Origin: the human T2T-CHM13v2.0 reference genome, Homo sapiens
Length of the DNA: 64,000 nt
Assembly (NCBI RefSeq): GCF_009914755.1
Contig: NC_060935.1
Reading direction: 5' to 3' (one strand)
Below, piece after piece: positions 1 to 16,756 of the stretch. Every line of letters starts with the position of its first letter. Positions within the stretch are counted from its first letter, which is position 1. Both the position numbers and the translations under genes were made by a program. The notes beneath the pieces were generated by a model. It was not told the origin of the DNA, made no database searches, and worked only from the letters and a program-made list of their open reading frames with translations.

Positions 1-944
1 AAAGGCACTAAACCTTGCATCAAGTAAGGTGTGAAAAAAGTAACAGAATTGGCTATAGACTACAGTATTTTCTTGTGTTCTTCAGTAGGTGCGTCTCTAT
101 CAGTCTATAGCCTCAATAATGACAGAATTCTGGAATCAGCTGGAAGAGGTAATGTGAATGAGACATGTGGAATGTTCATCACAGCTGGCTTCTAGAGACA
201 GCTCAAACTCTCTCTGCACACATCCTCTTCCACTGCCAGATCTATGTAAATGGAATCATCCTGTCTACATTTGAAGTTCAGTAATTCTGCAGTTTTCCTC
301 AGCAGCGAATATTCAGAAAGTCTGGGTTTTTATCTCTACTTGTCCCACTGTTCTTTCAAAATTAAGTTGTCCTTAACTGTCAGATCTAGAGACTTTGACA
401 AACAATTTTTTTTCTTTTGAATTTTATTTTCTTTCCTTGTTTTTAAACCAAGATTTTCTGTGTTTTTTAAGGCAACCTCCAAAAGCCTCCTGAGTCACAG
501 CACGGACCCACAGGAGGTTGCACTTTCAATATTTCCTCACTAAAATGAATCTTTCTGAAAAATATTTTGAAAGAATACAAGCTTCAACTATCCCATTAAT
601 CTTCTTAATGCTTGTGAAAACTCATTTGTTAACTACAGTTTGTCTGCTTTTGATTTTAGCCTTCTTTTCATTTCCTGAGCTCTTTCCAATGGTAGTTCCA
701 CCTTTTTTCCTATAATTCTGCTTGGTTCTTATCAAGATACATTTCATCACAGGTAAAATTACTGCTCACATAATTTAATCATTTTCTAAAACGTACAATT
801 TTATTGTGTGCCCCCAAAGAGTTTTCCTGAATTATATGTACTTTATCTTTTTTTTTCCTGGACTATGCCTATAAATCTTTTCAAGCTGACAAAGATCTAC
901 GTGATTTGCTCTGATTATATGTTCACAGTGTAGCATTCAAAAAC

Positions 945-1190
945 ACTAATTATAGGTATTGTTTATTGAGCCCTTCCCAGGTGCCAGCCAGTATTCTAGG
1001 CACTTTACTTTGTTTTTATAAAACAACAACTCAAGGGGTTAGGACTATTGGGAACTCCATTCTAAAAATGATGAAAGTAAGGGACAGAGAGCTTTAGTAA
1101 ATGGCCCAAAGGTTCAATAAAATGGTGAAGCAGAGGTGGCTGAAGCAGTGTGGCTCCAGTGCCCACATTATTCACATGCTACGCTTTCTC
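945..1190 (-). mobile_element. MIR (ancient SINE) fragment; paralogous copies near 15185-15400, 30915-31175 and 46755-46975
   Basis: MIR-like motifs TTTATTGAGC...CCAGGTGCCAG...TTCTAGGCACTTTA and GATGAAAGTAAGGGACAGAGAG...GCCCAAAGGT. Boundaries approximate. Confidence 0.6.
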
Positions 1191-2152
1191 TCCAAGGATG
1201 TCTTGGATCTTAAATAGGTACATACTGGGTGAGAAACTTATAGTCACTATTTACTCACTGTAATCATGAAACCCCATGTCCCACTGACTACCATTTTTCA
1301 TGTAAGAATCATGAGCTTGGAAATTTTTGTTTAATTATAAATTATAAAAAAAGAAAAAAATTGTCAGCAGAATACCATAAAGGAGAGATGCACTAATAGT
1401 TCTGTAGATAGTTGACTAGAAAGGATTCTGAATTTCTCAAATTTAATTCCAATATTTTAAAGTGAGCAAACTGAGACAGACTTGTAAATGCATTCAGAAA
1501 ATGACTCAAATCCATGCCTTCTTACACTGAACTTGGAATTTCTCTTGGAGTATCCTTCTTTTTGGAATCTGGTAACTAAGATTCTATTTTTGAATACTCT
1601 TGCTATCTATATGGTGTAATGAATAAAACCTAGTCCCACTGCTCTATACATCTTTCTACAGTGTCTATTTTCTCCTGTCTCACTACAAAGCTCATCCCAA
1701 TAATTCAGAAAAAAATGCTCACTGCTTATTTGGTAGTTGGTGATAGCCATGAGTTAGTTTACCTGAGTTCAAAATAAATTGCTGAAAATTCAGATATTGA
1801 ATGTAAGTGTGATAAAAACTGGGGTATCAGCAAGGAAAAATGGAGAGAATCACAGCTCCTTATAAGTTGGACAAGGAGTCAGATCAAGTAATTGCTACAA
1901 GGAACAATGTGATAAATAATATCATAGCTATTCATACAGTTCAGAGTCCTGTGTTTTCACATTTAATGAAAGACTTATGAAGACTAAATATCCTTTAAGG
2001 CATGAAGGATTGAAGGTCTAACAGTAGGATGCCAGAGTGATGAGTGAGATATTTCAGAAGGTGTTATTCTTGGTGCTATACAGATCATATAATAAAGATA
2101 CCAGAAATACAAAAACAAAGGACTTAATCTATGTCAGCTTATTTATTAAGAG

Positions 2153-2343
2153 GCCTGTTGTGGGGTGGGGGTAGGGGGTAGGGATAGCATTAGGAGATAT
2201 ACCTAATGTTAAATGACCAGTTAATCGGTGCAGCACACCAACATGGCACATGTATACATATGTAACAAACCTGTACATTGTGCACATGAACCCTAAAACT
2301 TAAAGTATAATTAAAAAAAAGGAAAAAAAATTGAGACCAAAAA
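2153..2343 (+). mobile_element. Heavily 5'-truncated L1PA (about PA4-PA7), 3' UTR end only
   Basis: GCCTGTTGTGGGGTGGGG...GGGATAGCATTAGGAGATATACCTAATG...CTTAAAGTATAA plus A-rich tail. Short AAGAG direct repeat at 2148-2152 and 2344-2348. Absent at the paralogous site near 32125. Confidence 0.9.
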
Positions 2344-2721
2344 AAGAGTTTATTACCACCACCAGAGAGTTATTTTCTTGAGAACAAGAACTTGTTGCCT
2401 ATTCAGCATAGCTGACTTCCGTACCAAGAAAAATATTTTAAATAAGAAGTTATGAAATGTATGAATGGCTGTTGGCATTTTAACTCTTCTTGTATATAGA
2501 GTATTCATTAAAACCTAGAGGTAGAGGCATTTACCTGTGCTGAAACTAAAAACCTTTGAGGAGAAATAGAATTGTCAAGGGAAGATAGGCTCTTTGGGTG
2601 AAGAACTCAATAGAGACTTACTAATTTTTTTTTTTTTTTTTTTTGCATGTAAATCACTATTGAGGCTACAACAATGAAGATGTCTTCTGTGACACAATGG
2701 ATGTAATCATATTCCTGCTCA

Positions 2722-2735
2722 TGTTTTCATTACAG
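2722..2735 (+). promoter_or_regulatory. Probable splice acceptor of the OR coding exon (TTTTCATTACAG|G)
   Basis: Pyrimidine tract plus CAG about 50 nt before the ATG. Conserved upstream of all five ORs (AG at 2734, 16704, 39032, 48205, 63494). ORs usually have a 5' UTR intron before a single coding exon. Confidence 0.6.
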
Positions 2736-2786
2736 GTTCTGTTCTCCTGAGCTCTCATCTCTGATACAAGCCTGAAAGAAGATTAA

Positions 2787-4704
2787 ATGAGACAGAATAA
2801 AAATAATACAGAATTTGTCCTCTTGGGCTTCTCTCAGGATCCTGATGTGCAAATGCATTATTTGTCATGTTTTACTCACATAATTGGTGACAACAGTGGG
2901 GAACCTGCTCATTGTGGTGACTATTATTGCCAGCCCTTCCTTGGGCTCCCCAGTGTATTTCTGACTTGCCTGTCTGTCATTTATAGATGCTGCATATTCC
3001 ACTACCATTTCTCCCAAACTGATTGTAGAGTTACTCATTGATAAAAAGACTATTTCCTTCCGAGCTTGCATGGGCCAGCTATTTATAGAACACTTGTTTG
3101 GTGGTACTGAGATCTTCATTCTGATGATGATGGCCTGTGATCGCTATGTGGACATCTGTAAGCCACTGCACTATTTGACCATCATGAATTGACAGGTTTG
3201 CATCCTTCTGTTGGTGTTGGCTGTGACAGGAGGTTTTGTACATTCTATGTTTCAAACTGTTGTTGTGTACAATCTCCCTTTCTCTGGCCCCAATGTCATT
3301 GACTGTGGGGAAAAGAAAGAGAGATCAGATTGTTACTGTGTCTGTGTAGAAAGAAGTAGACATAGGAGACTCCATTTTGTTCTGTACTAAGAAAAATCCT
3401 TCTGCCTTGAGATGCTGTTAATCTATAACCTTACCCCCAACCCCGTGCTCTCTGAAACATGTGCTGTGTCAACTCAGGGTTAAATGGATTAAGGGCGGTG
3501 CAAGATGTGCTTTGTTAAACAGATGCTTGAAAGCAGCATTCTCCTTAAGAATCATCACCACTCCCTAATCTCAAGTACCCAGGGACACAAACACTGTGGA
3601 AGGCCGCAGGGACTTCTGCCTAGGAAAGCCAGGAATTGTCCAAGGTTTCTCCCCATGTGATAGCCTGAAATATGGCCTCATGGGAAGGGAAAGACCTGAC
3701 CATACCCCAGCCCAACACCCGTAAAGGGTCTGTGCTGAGGATTAGTATAAGATGAAGGAATGCTTCTTTGCAGTTGAGACAAGAGGAAGGCATCTGTCTC
3801 CTGCCCGTCCCTGGGCAATGGAATGTCTCGGTATAAAACCCGATTGTATGTTCCATCTACTGAGATATGGGAAAACTGCCTTAGGGCTGGAGGTGGGACA
3901 TGTGGGCAACAATACTGCTCTGTAAGGCATTGAAATGTTTATGTGTATGCATATCTAAAGCACAGCACTTAATTCTCTACTTTGTCTATGATGCAGAGAA
4001 CTTTGTTCACGTGTTTATCTGCTGATCTCTTCTCCACTATTATCCTATGACCCTGACACATCCCCCTCTCTGAGAAACACCCAAGAATCATCAGTAATTA
4101 CTAGGGGAACTCAGAGCCTGGCGGGATCCTCCGTATGCTGAATGCTTGTCCCATGGGTCCCCTTATTTCTTTCTCTATACTTTGTCTCTGTGTCTTTTTC
4201 TTTTCCAAGTCTCTTGTTCCACCTAACAAGAAACACCCACAGGTGTGGAGGGGCAACCTATCCCTTCAATTGACCACTTTGTCTGTGACATGTACCCATT
4301 ATTGGAACTGGCGTTCACTGATACCTACTTTATAGGCCTCACTGTTGTTGTCAATGGTGGAGCAATGTGTATGGTCATCTTCACCATTCTACTAATATCC
4401 TACGGAATCATCCTAAACTCTCTTAAAACTTATAGTCAGGAAGGGAGGTGTAAAGCCCTGTCTACCTGCAGCCCCCACATAACCGTGGTTGTCCTCTTTT
4501 TTGTTCCCTGTATTTTCATATATGTTAGACCTGTTTCAACCTTTCCTATTGATAAATTCATGACTGTGTTTTATACAGTTATCACACCCATGTTGAATCC
4601 TTTAATATACACGTTGAGAAATTCAGAGATGAGAAACTCTATAGAAAATCTCTTGTGTAAAAAAGCTATCTGTAGTTAGAATAAGAGTGTCCCTCCTCAT
4701 GTAG
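2787..4704 (+). pseudogene. OR4A10P: Olfactory receptor OR4A-subfamily pseudogene (type A), split by an LTR5 insertion
   Basis: Motifs [44 protein letters not shown] and [12 protein letters not shown]. Lesions: -1 frameshift near 2853, stops at 2881 (TAA), 2962 (TGA) and 3190 (TGA), LTR at 3304-4268, and a +1 shift near 4660 (ancestral stop 4702-4704). Symbol is from recalled gene order only. Confidence 0.9.
3304..4268 (+). mobile_element. HERV-K (HML-2) solo LTR, LTR5 family, 965 bp
   Basis: Starts TGTGGGGAAAAGAAAGAGAGATCAGATTGTTACTG and ends GGGGCAACCTATCCCTTCA. Perfect 6-bp target-site duplication ATTGAC at 3298-3303 and 4269-4274. TATAAAA at 3832. Confidence 0.97.
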
Positions 4705-5610
4705 ATAGGGAGGTGTGTAGACAAGGTCTTCCCAGTATGATTTCCTCCACATGCCCAGCACAGAACGGAGATTCGAAGGAATATGTAAGCAAAATAGTTT
4801 CTCCTGTTCAGAAGGGAAGGCTATGGTGCTGCCTTTAGTGTAATTTATTTAAAGACTTTGTAGAATATACAAGCACCATACTCACAAATATCTTTGAAAC
4901 TTCCCCTTCTCAGACTTGGGCTGAAACTCTATGTTAGTTCAGTAAGATAATACTCTTAACAATCTTAGAATTATATTGGTTTAGTTTAAATTGCTTATGA
5001 GACATACTATTAAATTTTTCTGAAGTCTTTCAAAGTGACTTATCCACAACTTTGAAATAACATTTATTTTCATGACCTTTCTTACTTTTAGAGTACTTAT
5101 CGCTTTGCAGAGACTGGAAAGCAAAACCGTTTTTTCTTTGAAACCAGGAAGTTCTGGCTATTTTATGCTTCTTGTAAATTCTGTCTGAAAAGGTAAAAGT
5201 TAATCTTTTAAGTAATTATAAAATATATCCATGACTTATTATAAGATACAATGCTACAAGAAACAGTTGTAACTTTCAATATTCTATTTGGAAATTTTAC
5301 CCAAATCTCCCTATTCACTTAAGTACATTTTTTATTTTCTCCGTTAGTGTAGGTGACAGAATCACTAAATTTTTTCAGCAGTACATAGCGACTCACTTTT
5401 CTCACACCTTCCGGAACAGTTACGTCTGTCTTTTCAGCCTTTACTGACAATATCCTGGAGGCCCCTATTTTTGAGCACTAAAGCCAATGTCATACACTTT
5501 AAAGTGTTGTTATGGAAACACCACACCTTGAGTGCCACTTTTTATGCTGGTCTTGTCTTCATGAATGATGCAGGGCTCCACAGTTTTGTGAGTTAAAACA
5601 ACCACCATTT

Positions 5611-6420
<810 letters not shown>

Positions 6421-7456
6421 TCCACATCTCATAAAGAGCACATTGGAGTTTTATTCATTTTATGTTGGACCCATAAATCATCTTGTACTAGCAACAACTT
6501 CACAATATTGGTTTTTCTATTTCCTGAATACAACATGTCCGTTAAGTATTTTAAATGTTCATTCTTGAAGAGTTTTGTAGTTTTTATTAGTGTAAGGATC
6601 TTCCTCCTTTATTCCTAAGTATTTATGCTTTCATGTTTCCTCACAAGTTTTTATTTATTAAAGAATTCCAATTGTCATTGTTGCTAGTATATAAAGAAAA
6701 TCAAATTTTTTATTTGACAGTTGGGTCCTGTAAACTTCCTAAATTTAATTCCTATTCCTACATAATTATGTCTATAGATTCTTTAGGGTTTTCTGAACCA
6801 TTATCATGTTATCTACACGTAAGGATAGCTCATTACTTTGAAAGATATAGCAGTGTTTCAGTTTCTCTTTGTATCAGTTTAGGAAGGTTGTCCATTCCCT
6901 ACATTTTGCCTAATTACTCTAAGCTGTCAAACTAATCAAAATAATGTATTTCATAACAATACTTTTCTAAACTTTTAAAGTCTAAAATATCTATGGGTTG
7001 ATTATTTGTTTTATTATTTCTGATCCTGGTAATTTGAATTTCTCTTTGTTTTCTCTTGATCAGTCTTGCTATTTATCAATGTCATAATAAAAGTACCATT
7101 TTGGCTATTTTTCTTTTCTCTATTTTATGTTTTCAATTTTATTGGTTTTGATCTTATATTTATGTCCTTTTGTTTAGTTACCTCGGCTTCTTGTTCTAGC
7201 TTCTTGAGGTGAAGGCTCAGATGGCTGCTTTTAAAAATTTATTTTCAATGAGAGCATTTATAGCTATACGTGTTTCTTTAAGCACTCTTTTGATCATACT
7301 TCACACATTTTGATATATTTTTGTTATTGCTTAGTTCTAAATACTTGGTTATTTCCAGTATACCTTTCTCCTGGATTCATAGGTTGACTAAATATTTGTT
7401 GGCAGGTTTCCCAATATTTGAAGCATATCTTAGACATATTTATGAATTATTTATTC

Positions 7457-7510
7457 ATTCATAGCAAATTATTTTAAAACTTAATTCATAGCAAATTATT
7501 TTAAAACTTA
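7457..7510 (+). repeat. Perfect 27-bp tandem duplication at the start of a probable MLT1 fragment (about 7460-7690)
   Basis: ATTCATAGCAAATTATTTTAAAACTTA twice. Single copy in the paralog near 42643. Confidence 0.9.
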
Positions 7511-8235
7511 GTGATTCAAACAATATGTACTCATTCATAATTTCTGTAGGCCAGGAAACTAAGGATGGTTTAGCAGGTTTCAAAGCTTCAAAGACTCTTA
7601 CAGAGTTGTAATCGAGGTGCCTTTGGGGCTACTGGCTCATATGAAGGCTTGGCTGAGGAAGGATCCACTGCCACACTGGGTGTTGGTATTAGTAGTTATT
7701 TGAATTCAGCTGGAAGGGACATAGAGAATTACGTCCTGTTTTTATATTAGTTCTTTATCTTGGAGTCATAATTTAAACCAAAATACCTTTGACCATATCT
7801 GATAGTTCTTCAGAATTAAAGATATATATGTGCATTTTTAGCACTTACCAGTAAAACAGCACAGTGTTTATAGACATGCTCTTCAAATTTTAGCAGTAAT
7901 ACATATTACATTTGTGGTGGATGAATTTAATCCATTTATTAGGTAAGTTGAAAATGACCAACTTTTAATGGAGCCCATTACATGATAAAAACCTTTGCTA
8001 CTTCACAGAAATATTTATGAGACTCTTTATCTGAGTCTGCTATGACACAAAGATCCAATATTTAACTAAATGTATGATGAGATGAAGGTGTTCAATGGAG
8101 CCAATGGTGCGCCAAGTCACAGAAATAACAATGGAAGCCCTTAAACACTACTCATTTGTTGAAAATCAAAATTTCTTTATTGTAGAAAGTTATTGAATTG
8201 ATATATGAATAAAATTAAAAAATTAAATTAATGGA

Positions 8236-8448
8236 TGTATTAGTCCGTTTTCACACTGCTGATAAAGACATACCCAAGACTGGGTAGAAAAAGAGGTTTA
8301 ATTGGACTTTCAGTTCCACATGGCTGGGGAGGTCTCAGAATCATGGTGGGAGGTGAAAAGGCACTTCTTACATGGTGGTGGAAAGAGAAAAATGAGGAAG
8401 ATACAATTCTGGTTGAAATTTGGTTGGGGACACAGCCAAAACATATCA
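8236..8448 (-). mobile_element. THE1A/B solo LTR with internal deletion
   Basis: TGTATTAGTCCGTTTTCACACTGCTGATAAAGACATACCC...GGGGACACAGCCAAAACATATCA. 5-bp TSD ATGGA/ACGGA. Empty site at 27791. Confidence 0.92.
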
Positions 8449-9065
8449 ACGGACTACAGATCATTATCATTATATCTGACATAGATACAGGTCTTGATCA
8501 AAAGCCAGTACTCTAACCTAAAATTGCAGCACTACGATTACCTATTTTTTCCATAATCAAAATATCAACTTACATTCTTAAGTTCTCTGCCTCTGAGCCT
8601 CAGGGCTTCTTGGACACTGACTTTCTAACAGGAAGGATAAGGCCCTCCTTACCGGGAATATTTTTAAAGAAGATAATCTGGGGCTAGTTCTCTTTCATTC
8701 TGGCTGAAATATTACTTTTCTTACCTATACATTTTATAACATAAAACTCATAATTTATTATTCAATTTACTTTAGAATTTTTCTTTTCATATTACAGGCA
8801 TTTCACATTATTTGTCACTTAGCTACTTTTCCTTAGCAAGAGCCAAGTCTTTTTCCTCTAGGGATTTTCTAAGGAAAAAGGTTACGGAGAGATTACTTCA
8901 TTTGAATTTGTTCCAAATATTCTAATTAACTAATCTATAATGATCTTATTGTCTCTTTCTAAAATTTGTTGATGTGAAAGTCATAGACTGTGTCTACAGA
9001 CATCAAATGGAAGAATTATATTCCTGATAGAACAACCCAGTACATATCATAAAAGATAAATTTCT

Positions 9066-9484
<419 letters not shown>

Positions 9485-10631
9485 TCAATTTCCTGGGATG
9501 AGATTGGGGAGATATAGAGACATGCTTTTACTTAGGAAAGAAGTGGCCTTAGGGATATGTCAGTTGAATGACTGAAAGACTGAAGATTTTGGCTTCTGCC
9601 TGTCGGCAATCTCTGTCACGGGATTCTCCATGAAGTTAAATCTCAGCATTGTCCTTGTTAGGTACAAAGCTTAATAGCTGGGCACATAAATATTATCATA
9701 AATCCTCAATCACAGAAAAGGACTTATGGTTTAGCAAAATTTAGAAAACTTTCAAGTAAAAAATTTTAGTGTTGATACTTGTGTCACATAATAAGGGTCT
9801 TGTCCAGGTTAATTTTCACTAATTAGGTCAACTTTTAAATAGTCATGCAGAGGTAGTCTGTTGTTTTTATCTGAAAAAATTTTCCAGCAGGTGAGAATGT
9901 TAGATTACCTTTTTACAGTAAATACTAACATTATGTTAAGGCATTTTTATATTTTGGTCATCTGCTTTGGTGCCATATTTCTCTAAAGACTGAGATAATG
10001 AGAAGCCAGGGTGAAACTATGGAAACTGTAGCCACTAGGAATTAATTCTACATACATGGATCAGCCATGTATATTCTTGTGTTTTATGATAACACATAGA
10101 TGCATGAGGTATCTACAGCAATCCTCAGTGAAGGAAACATTGTTTTTCTGGACCAAGAAGTGAGTGTTTGAAACCACTGACAAGAGATATGCATTGAAAA
10201 TTCTTCTGATATGTTGAAATATAGCTAGTGTCTTAAAAACCCATGGCTTTATTAGATAAATTCTAATTGGAAAAATTAAGCTAGCAGATATGAAAATTTA
10301 CCAGACTATACAATGTATACTTGGTTTTAAAATACAGCCTAATTGGTTGTATTTTTCCATTTGCCAAATAAGAAGAGAAATATGTTCCACATTACATGTA
10401 TAATAAATAAACCAGTCTGAAGTTGTTTTGCATGATGTATTAATAAAGATGTACAATTACTTTTAGATATATATGATTAGAGAATTTAAAATTCTGGTTC
10501 ATGTCAAGTGTCTTAGAGTGCAAAGGAACAAAAGCATGTTATGTTTTAGAAGCATTATATGGGTTTTTACTTATCCAGCAAACATGCTAGTAGATATGTG
10601 TGCCCTGGAAGGTACCTAGTCTACTGTCATT

Positions 10632-11530
10632 TGACAAAGGGCTAATATCCAGAATCTACAGTGAACTCAAACAAATTTATAAGAAAAAAACACAACCCAA
10701 TCAAAAAGTGGGCAAAGGATATGAACAGACACTTCTCAAAAGAAGACATTTATGCAGCCAAAAGACACACGAAAAAATGCTCATCATCACTGGCCATCAA
10801 AACCACAATGAGATACCATCTCACACCAGCTAGAATGGTGATCATTAAAAAGTCAGGAAACAACAGGTGCTGGAGAGGATGTGGAGAAATAGGAACACTT
10901 TTACACTGTTGGTGGGACTGTAAACTAGTTCAACCATTGTGGAAGTCAGTGTGGTGATTCCTCAGGGATCTAGAACTAGAAATACCATTTGACCTAGCCA
11001 TCCCATTACTGGATATATACCCAAAGGATTATAAAACATGCTGTTATAAAGACACATGCACTTGTATGTTTATTGTGGCACTATTCACAACAGCAGACTT
11101 GGAACCAACACAAATGTCCAACAATGATAGACTGGATTAAGAAAATGTGGCACATATACACCATGGAATACTCTGCAGCCATAAAAAATGATGAGTTCAT
11201 ATCCTTTGTAGGGACATGGATGAAGCTGGAAACAATAATTCTCAGCAAACTATCACAAGGACAAAAAACCAAACACTGCATGTTCTCACTCATAGGTGGG
11301 AATTGAACAATGGGAACACATGGACACAGGAAGGGGAGCATCACACACCGGGGCCTGTTGTGGGGTGGGGAGAGTCTGGAGGGATAGCATTAGGAGATAT
11401 ATCTAATGTTAAATGATGAGTTACTGGGTGCAGCACACCAATATGGCACATGTATACATATGTAACAAACCTGCACGTTGTGCAAATGTACCCTAAAACA
11501 TAAGGTATAATAAAAAAATAAAAAAATAAA
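10632..11530 (+). mobile_element. 5'-truncated L1PA (about PA5-PA6): ORF2 C-terminus and 3' UTR
   Basis: ORF track peptides [22 protein letters not shown] and MIDWIKKMWHIYTMEY, then 3' UTR and A-rich tail. Empty sites near 29670 and 45428. Confidence 0.95.
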
Positions 11531-12567
11531 TAGTTTTATAAAACTGTGACTGTGAAATATATGATTTTTTTGTTATTATGGAATTTTATCTTTTGAAAAT
11601 GTCATGTTCTCAGGAAAGTATATTGTCTTTTTTTCTAGAAAAATGTTAACTTAGAAGTCTACATTGAAAGCCTACTAATGCTGTTTCAGTATTTAAAGTA
11701 CTATATTTTAAATTATTTAAAGTATTATGTTTTAAATTTTTTTAAATATAAAGTGTAGTTTACATGTTCTAGTTTTTACAATTAAACATTAAATTGCAAA
11801 ATAGAATTATCGTTTTGAAATCTAGTTTTGACAATGAAATGGAGAAAAGGCCCTAAGCCTTGCAGGAAGTAAGGTGTTAAAAAATAATAGAATGGCTATA
11901 ACTTCATTATACACTTGTGTTTCTTAGCAGGTGTGTCTCTATCGGTCTATAGCTTCAATATGATAGAACTGTGGAATCAGCTGGAAGTGGTAATGTGAAG
12001 GAGACATGTGGAATGTTCAGCGCAGTTGGTGTTTAGAGGAAGCTCAAACTCTCTCTGCACACATCCTCCTCCACTGCCAGATCTATGTAAATGGAATCAT
12101 TTTATCTACATTTGAGGTGTAGTAATTCTTCAGTTTTCCTACCAGTGAATTATCAGAAAGTTTGGGTTTGTATCTCTACTTTTCCCATTGTTGTCTGTCA
12201 TTTAAGTTTGTCCTTAACCATCAGATCTAGAGACTTTGAGAAATCTATGTGTTTTGCTTTTCTTCTGAGTTTTCTTTTTTCTTCTCTTTCTTTTTTTTTC
12301 CTTTCTTCTTTTCTTTTTTTTTCTTTCTTTCATTTTTTTTTTTTTTTTTTTTTTTGTTTACTATGATCTGGGCTGTGTTTTTTGGCTACCCCAAGAAGCC
12401 TCTTGACTCTCCCCAGGGACCCACAGGAGGCTGTGCTTCCATTATTTCCTTATGAAAAAAATATTTCTGAAGAAAATTTTTTGAAGAATATTTGCCTCAA
12501 TTATCACATTATTATTAATGTTATTTCCTGTTGATATTAACTTATTTATTATAATTATTCTGTTTTC

Positions 12568-14869
<2,302 letters not shown>

Positions 14870-16756
14870 TCTGTTTTCATATTTAACCCCTTTTTCTTTC
14901 ATTTTTACCATACAGCTCTACCTCTGATGAGGGGTCCTACTTTTCTACTATAATTCTGCCTGATCTTGCCAAGATATGTTTCATTAAGATAAACTCACTA
15001 CTCATGCATAATTAAATAGATAGTTCCTAAGACATAACAATTATGTTGTGTTCCCCAAAAGCCTTTCCTGAATTATAGGTGTCTTTTGGTTTTTTCCCTG
15101 GACTATGTCTATAAATCTTTTCAAATTGACATATCCCGATGATGAGTTCTGATCCAGTGTTCACAGTGAAGCAGTCAGGAATACGAGTAATAGATACCAT
15201 TTATGAGCCTTTACGAGGTGCCAGCCAGTGTTCTAGGCAGTTTACTTTGTTGTAATAAAACATCCCTAAGAGGTCTTAAATCATAGTGAGGCATAAAGAG
15301 GTTTGGTAAGTGGCCCAAAGTCACACAGTAAATGGTGAAGCTGGGGTTATAGCAGGGGTGTGTGGCTCCAATGTCCACATTATTCACCACATGCTATACT
15401 TTCTCTCCATGGATATCTTGAATCTTAAATTGACACATATTGAGTGAAAAATTTGTAGTCATTATTTACCCACACTAATCATGACACATCTAACACTGAC
15501 TACCATTATTCATGTAACAGTCATGAGCTTGGAAATTGCTATTTAATTATAAATATATGAAAAATGAAAAAAGTCAGCAGAATAGAATAAGGGAGAGGTG
15601 CACTAATAGTTTAATAGATGATTGACTATAAAGGATTCTCAGTTTATCTAAATTAATCATACCGTTTTTCAGTAAGAAAACACAAACAGATTTTTAATGC
15701 ATTCAGAAAATGACTGAAATTCATCCGTCTTATATTGAATTTGGAATTTGTCTTCTAGTATGCTTTTTTTGGGAATCTGGACAATAAGGTTCTATTTTTG
15801 AGTGCTCTAAGTATTTAAATAGTGTTATAAATAAAACCATGTCCCCTGTTCTGTGCCTCTTTGTACAGTGTCTGTTTTCTCCTCTCTCACTATCTTGTTT
15901 ACCCCAAGAATTCAGAAAAAAAATACTCACTGCTAAAGAGGCAGTTGATGATAATCATGATCTAGTTCACTCAAGTTCAAAATTAGATGCTGAAAATCAG
16001 GATATTGTTGTAAGTGTGATAAAAAAATATGAAACAGGCAAGGATATGATCTAGAGACTTATAGCTCCTTATAAGGTGAAAAGACAGTCAGACTAAGTAA
16101 TTGCTACAGGGAATAATGTGATAAATAATATTTTACTATTTATACAGGTTAATGTCCATTCTCTTGATGTTTAATGAGATATTCATAAAAACTGAACATC
16201 ATTCAAGGCATGAAGGCCCATTGTCTAATAGTGGAATTCCATAGTCCTGAGTGATATATTTTAGAGGATGTTGTTTTTGATGCTACACCAATCATAAAGT
16301 AAAAATACCACAAAACTACAAACACAAAGGACTGAATCTATGCCAATTTACTTATTTAGAGTTTATTACCACCACCATAAAGTAAGTTTCTTAAGACCAA
16401 AACTCTGTTGCCTCTTCAACATAGCTAACAGTCATGCCAAGAAATACATTTTAAATAAAGAGGTATGAAAGATATGAATGGCTATTCGGCTTTTAACTCT
16501 TCTTCTGTACAGAATATTCACTAAAACTTAGAGTCTGAAGCTGTCACCTGCAGGCTAAAATAAAATCTTTGAGGAGATGAGGAACTCAATAGAGACTTAC
16601 ACAATGTTGATCATGTGTGTAAATAACTATTGAGGATACAATGATGAAAGTGTGTTTTGTGACATTATGGATGCATTCATGTTCCTGTTCACTATTTCAT
16701 TACAGTTTCTGCCCTCCTGAGCTCTCAACTCTATTACGAGCCTTAGAGAAGAGTAA

